Positions 52,958 through 64,000 of a DNA stretch of 64,000 nucleotides are shown here, in pieces (position 1 is the stretch's first letter; each line of letters opens with the position of its first letter). A program made the translations under genes and the position numbers. The notes beneath the pieces were generated by a model. It did no database searches, was not told the DNA's origin, and saw nothing but the letters and a program-made list of their open reading frames with translations. The stretch lies in assembly GCF_009914755.1 (NCBI RefSeq), contig NC_060925.1; one strand, 5' to 3'. Source of the stretch: the human T2T-CHM13v2.0 reference genome, Homo sapiens.

Positions 52958-54286
52958 TTACTTACAAGACTCATCAATTCCTACATCTTAACATAGAGCA
53001 TTCATCTGTCACTACAGAAAGTATGTATGTTTATGTTTGTGTGAGTGTGTGTGTATGAATTGTAAGTGAGTGAGTATATGAACAAAAACCAGACAGGACA
53101 TTTTCATGATACTCCAGGTATGACATTACAGAAAATTAGTATAAACAAACGGAATTAGATTGTTATGGAAGAAGAGAATCTTTGTTCTGTAACTCTGTAC
53201 TGAGAGAAGGACTATGACTCCTTTTTTGGATAAAATATCAGTGATTATATGATTCCAGAATATAAATAGCTTCAAAAAGATAAATAGCATCTCTCTATTT
53301 AAGCCTACTCAGATATTTGTCACTTTATATTAATAAAATTTTGCTTTTACTATTTCAAGGACTCTGGACTCAGGAATGGGCACATGACTCAAGGTAGGCC
53401 AAAAAGAACCAATGAGACATGGTTCACAGGACTGTTATTGTAGTCCCCAAAGTGGGGTGCCGAAAACCATCCATTGGGAGTATAAAAAATATTAGTATTT
53501 CTATTTTATTATTTATATTAAAAACTAAAAATTGAACTCCATAATTAGTACAACATAGAATATACATACAACACAGCAATATAACTTACAGCATATGTAC
53601 ACCATAACAAAGAATATACATTATATAACACATAAAAGTAGTATCCAGTAGCATATCATATATAAAGAAATATATACACATTGGGACTATTATGCTCAAC
53701 TTTTACTGTTGGGTACATAATCAACAAAGTTTGGAGATCAGTGACTTCAAGCATAGACTGTGAGTCCGGAGTTCCTAAAATCCATCTCACCACCAAAGGA
53801 GAGCTTGTCAGAGACTGAAGGTCAGGTAGACAGGCACTATGCCTAATGACAATATTTGAATTCCTGGATCCAGCTATTCCTGAAGTAATCCATCCCAAGT
53901 CTTTCCATTTGAGTCAACAAATACCCTTCATGGCTTAAGCCAGTTTGAGTTTGACTTCTTGCCTTAGGAAGTATCTTGATGGTAAGGGTAAAGAATAAAT
54001 TCTAGTAAGTTAGGCTAATCATTCAAGTTACTCATTTCTTGGAAAGGTTTTATACTTGTGGGTCATTTTTTAAGGTTCTGTTTACTGGAAATATGTAAGT
54101 GACATATTTTTATACTGACTGATGATCTATGTTATCTGCCTTGACTGACGAATCTAAAAGAATCCTAAAAGGGGATGCCCATTTTAAAGCTTATTGTCAG
54201 TTGTTAATAATTTACTATTTCTAAATAGATTTTTAAATCTCCTGTTTCTAGTATTAGTGGGCTAAGTTATTCAGAACTATCATGCT

Positions 54287-54547
54287 GGAAAGGAAGGAAA
54301 AGAGGAAAGAAAGAGAGAAAGCAAGGAAAGAGGGAGAGAAGAAGAGAAGGGAAGGAAGGAGGGAAGGAGAGAGGGAGGGAGGGAGGGAAGGAGAAAAAGA
54401 GAGGGAGGGAGGGAAGGAGAAAAAGGAGAGAGGGAGGGAGGAGAGAGAAAGTAGTGGAGGGAGGGAAGGAAGAAGGGAGAGAGGGAGGGAAGGAAGGAAG
54501 AAGGGAGAGAAGGAGAGAGGGAGGGAGGGAAGGAAGGAAAAGAAAAA
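54287..54547. repeat. GA-rich polypurine/polypyrimidine tract (~260 bp)
   Basis: Only two pyrimidines on the plus strand (gtagtgg near 54452). Confidence 0.95.
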
Positions 54548-55199
54548 TCCTAGATACAATACATTCTTCTTGAGGAGGGTGAAGAAGTACCTTTAAAAGA
54601 TTGAAGAGTTAAGGAGAGCAAGAACTCCTGGGTCAATCTTGGGGGATACCTACACGAGTAACAGCCAGTTGCCACCATTCAAGTACACTCAGCTTCCGTT
54701 CTGTGGCCTCAGGAAACGGGAACAAGAGAGCCAAGATTCTAGGCCCAAAGGCATCAAAACTGCCTGTCCTCAAATTTATAGGACTACAGAGAAGGCCAGA
54801 GTGGTTCCAAATCAAAGAAAAGAAAAAGGAAATTTAAAAATAGACCCATCCTGATAAAGAATGCCCATAAACCAGGCCATGATTAAATAAGGCTCATAAA
54901 CCTTTGAGCCTTACACCTGGGTGAGCCAGGGAACTTCAAACTGTGGGCCTGCTTGGTTCTGGAGGACCCAGACTGGAACTGTTCTTCATATCCCCGGAAA
55001 CACCCACAGAACTCTGTGTCTTAGGTTCATCCTAAGACTTGGCACTCTAATAAATAACTTATAAAACACAATGACAAACAGGTAGTTAAATATAACTAAG
55101 CACATGAGGAAACCAAGTGACATAAAACAGACTAAAAACAGAAACAGGACTAAGCATATTGGAAATTAGACACATTAGAAAATAACCATGCTTACCATC

Positions 55200-56272
<1,073 letters not shown>

Positions 56273-56853
56273 TTAAACATGTGTTTGTCCTGAGCCTGAC
56301 ACACTCACCTCTTGACTCAACTTGACCAACTTAATGAGCACTTAAGTCCGCGGAGCAAGCACTGTGCTGGGTACACAAGGCTGAATAACCCTGAACTGCA
56401 CATGCTTAGTGTCCAGTAGAAGAGAAAGACTTGTCAATGCATAATTATTAAAGAGTTCCGTGAATGCTGTAAAATAAGTAAATATTACGGAAGCAGAGTT
56501 TTGACTCTAGAGAGAGGGGTGAGAGAGCTGGTGGGAAAGCCCATAAGAGTCATAATAGACGATGTGGTAAGTGCTACGGGGGCATGTGACTGGGCGCATT
56601 GAGGGAGGCATTTCCAAGAAAAAGGTGCATCTTAACTGTGCCTGAGAGCAACATCCTCAAACATGAACTTTCAGATCTCCTGAGAACATGCCTGTAAGAA
56701 TCCCCTGTGGGCATGTTTCAGCAATACTGAATTTAGTGTTAATTGCTATCACTGTAGTGGATCAGTGTTGCTAAAGCATCCCTCCTGATGACTCAAAATA
56801 TGCTTTTTCATTTAATAAAAAGAGTATATGAAATGGTGTACACTGAATTCTCA

Positions 56854-57340
<487 letters not shown>

Positions 57341-58127
57341 ATACCTTGTGAGCCATGCTCTGCTGGAGACATTTTCCTGCCTTCCAGGAGCAAATGTGAA
57401 TAGATAAAAGTATGATACAATGAGTTAAGAGTTATACTGGAAATATTCACTGAGTGCCCTGGAAACAGAGAGTGCTTGATGCAGCCCAATTGCTTCAAGA
57501 GGCTTCAAATAATTCTTCTGACTGCTGGGTTCCTTTGACTGAGTGGCCATTAAGTGTTCAAGAAATGATAACTGATGTTAGCATTGCCCTAAGAAACTTT
57601 ATTAAGAAGTCTCAGGCAAAAAGAAAAGAAAAAGGTCAAAGTAGCAGATAATGACTGTGAGATCACTCATTGTGTTACACTATTTATACTATCTATCCTT
57701 CCATAATTGTTTCATTTGGGTATTTACAGAGCAGTTGTAATACTTTTAGCAATATGAAAGATGAAAAATGAAAAAACTAGCAGGAAAAACATTTCCCTCA
57801 AGAGTACATGAGCCAACTAGTGAAATACAAGCTAGTACTAGTCAACTGATGAAAAAATGATAGACATGTAGGGGAAAAGAGTTGATAATGAATAATAAAG
57901 GTGCATGATGAGATAGCTGTTTTTTAATAAACCTAAGTTTTAAAATAATATGTACATTTGGGAGGAAAAGATAATGAAATTTAAAAATTTAAAAATTTAA
58001 AAATTCTGATATTTCAAGGAAAATATAAATGTATAAACTTTCTAAACTTTACTTTTCTGAGGGCTCTTTATTGCCTCCCTCTTCCCCATTTGTAGGTTTG
58101 TCCTGGTAGATGAAGGGTATTAAACAG

Positions 58128-58132
<5 letters not shown>

Positions 58133-58173
<41 letters not shown>
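58133..58173. repeat. (CA)~20 microsatellite
   Basis: Perfect CA run. Confidence 0.95.
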
Positions 58174-58175
<2 letters not shown>

Positions 58176-58397
58176 TATCTTATTGCTATAACAAAAATAA
58201 AATGGTATAAAAATGGTGCAAAGTAAAGAGGGAAAAAAATTTTAAAACAGAGAAAGAGAGAGACAACACAATATCATAGAAATAAAACACTCTTTTATTT
58301 AACACATATTTACCCTATATACCTTGCAATGCTGAACACCTGGCTGGGGGTTTTACAGGAGTCTTAAATTACAACCAGGCTTCATAACCAAGAATTA

Positions 58398-58708
<311 letters not shown>

Positions 58709-59221
58709 TTAAGTCAGCAGACGGCAGAAATACTGCAACTTCCATCACAAATGAAAATCACCAACAGTTTAAGAAAAGCATACAGCTGCTAACTTGTGGT
58801 AACATAAGTCAGGAGAATGAAAGTAACTGTACCGTAAAACCACTTAAGGAACAGAAATCAATGAAGATCTAAATTACACAGACCCATCAGCTACAGGGCT
58901 GTCATGCAATTGAAATTGCATGAAATAAATAAGAGCAATCACAGCTTTTATGAATTATTTATGTTTCATTAACCCATAGGAAATGCATGATCTGGATTTT
59001 TATAAGCTTAATAATGGCAGCACTAAAGAACAAAATATCAAAGAAAAAAAGCATAGTATTTGAAGGCATAAAAATAAGATCTGAAATAGAATAGAAAGCC
59101 ACCCATACAGTGGGTTAAATAAAAGCCAGAGATGCTGGAATAGAAAATGAAAGAAAAGAAGGCTGAGACTGGTACTGTGGTAAGAAAACAGGAGGAAGGC
59201 ACAACAAAGCTACTGTCAGGT

Positions 59222-59321
59222 ATTAAGAAAACCTACTGTCTCCACAGATAATCAGGACTATGAGGTTGGCATTAAGAAAACCTACTCTCTCCACAAATAA
59301 TCAGGACTGTGTGACATTGGC
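59222..59321. repeat. Tandem duplication 2 x ~49 bp
   Basis: attaagaaaacctact(g/c)tctccaca(g/a)ataatcaggact occurs twice. Confidence 0.9.
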
Positions 59322-59821
59322 TAAGTTTAAGGCTATCATATGATCAAGGGCAATTTCAGCTTTATCAAAACAATGACTAAGAGTCTAACGGAAGCCTGAA
59401 GTTTTGAAACAAAACAAGATGTCAGTGATTCTTAACCTTATTGGGGTTATAAACCCCTATGAGAACAGAAAAAGGCTCTTGACCTTTGCCCCAGGAAAAT
59501 GAATACACCAGTTTCAGTGATGGTATTTTGTCAGCAAATAAGCTAACCAGCCCAGGATGCTATTGCCTTTGGCTTATGTGATCCCCCTACTTGACAAGGG
59601 GCCTGAAAGTTGTTTTTATCCCCTGCTGCAGTTGTCTCCAAAGTGGGGTCCTTGTGCACAAGGACGTATGCAAGACCATTCACTGGTATGTGAGAAGAAA
59701 CTATTAGGGCTTCTAATTGTGTTAATTTAGAAAATAGAGAAGTAAAGAATTCCCAAGATTTAATATATGAATTGTTACCTATCACACCTAAGGTGCCCTC
59801 ACTCGGTCAGTAACATCTGAT

Positions 59822-60128
59822 GGGACTGACACAGTGGCTCATGTCTGTAATCTCAACACTTTGGGAGACTGAGGCAGGAGGATCACTTGAGGCCAAGAGT
59901 TCAAGACCAGCCTGGACAATATAGTGAGACTCTGTCTCCACAAAAACTTTTTAAAATCAGCCCAGTGTGGTGGTGGATGCCTATAGTCCCAGCTACTCGG
60001 GAGACAGAGGTAGTAGATTCGCTTAAGCATAGGAGTTCAAGGCTGCAGTGAGCTATGATTTTGCCACTGCACTCCAGCCTGGACAACAGAAAGAGATCCT
60101 GTCTCAAGTAAATAAAACAAAACAAAAC
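59822..60128 (+). mobile_element. Alu (AluJ-like)
   Basis: Full dimer with ggagttcaaggctgcagtgagctatgat. Confidence 0.9.
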
Positions 60129-60353
60129 ATCAGGTGCCTGTGTTTCACTTAGGTATGTGAGACATCCTGGGGAAATTGTCAAGTTTCCCAAATTAGGGGG
60201 TTCATGGTGGTACCCCCATTGATTTTCAGCATATTCCCACCAGTTATGGTTTATGTGGGCCCACTTAAGCATTTTTAGAATGTATCATCTAGTTTCCGTG
60301 GAAATAACCCTTGCGAAATAGGCAAAGGACATAAAGATTCTTGCAAAAGCCCA

Positions 60354-64000
<3,647 letters not shown>

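Noticed and set aside
54254-54596. E/R/G/K-rich and L/S/P/F-rich ORFs on both strands
   Set aside because: Artefacts of the GA low-complexity tract, which cannot contain stop codons
58833-58890. Possible alternative 5' exon in intron 1 (acceptors at 58890 or 58868, donor ACG|GTACAG)
   Set aside because: Splice signals are weak and cannot be supported without transcript data

Overview
Primate, almost certainly human, genomic DNA. The minus strand carries most of MCOLN2 (mucolipin-2/TRPML2, an endolysosomal cation channel). Coding exons 2-14 were reconstructed by hand from 52342 down to the TAA stop at 13314-13316. All splice phases are consistent and give residues 26-566 of the protein as I recall it. 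Exon 1 and the promoter lie beyond the right edge. The 3' UTR runs to about 12210 and contains an Alu. Bases 1-12 kb are downstream intergenic DNA. The rest is intron, dense in Alus, old L1s, MaLR/ERV LTRs and DNA transposon fossils (MER85, MER2, MER44, Tigger4/MER46, MER1A, MER33, MER45A); subfamily names come from remembered consensus sequences and need RepeatMasker confirmation. I found no new gene or novel multi-gene system. Points worth a second look: two GC-AG introns with the same GCAAGT donor; a ~135 bp direct repeat bracketing exon 2; an L1 insertion with a 3' transduction; a full-length MER85 with a perfected palindrome; an ISRE/kB/ARE motif cluster in intron 7; a palindromic bidirectional poly(A) signal; a 260 nt pyrimidine tract ending in CAG in intron 1; and inverted Alu pairs around the pore exon and just past the 3' end.
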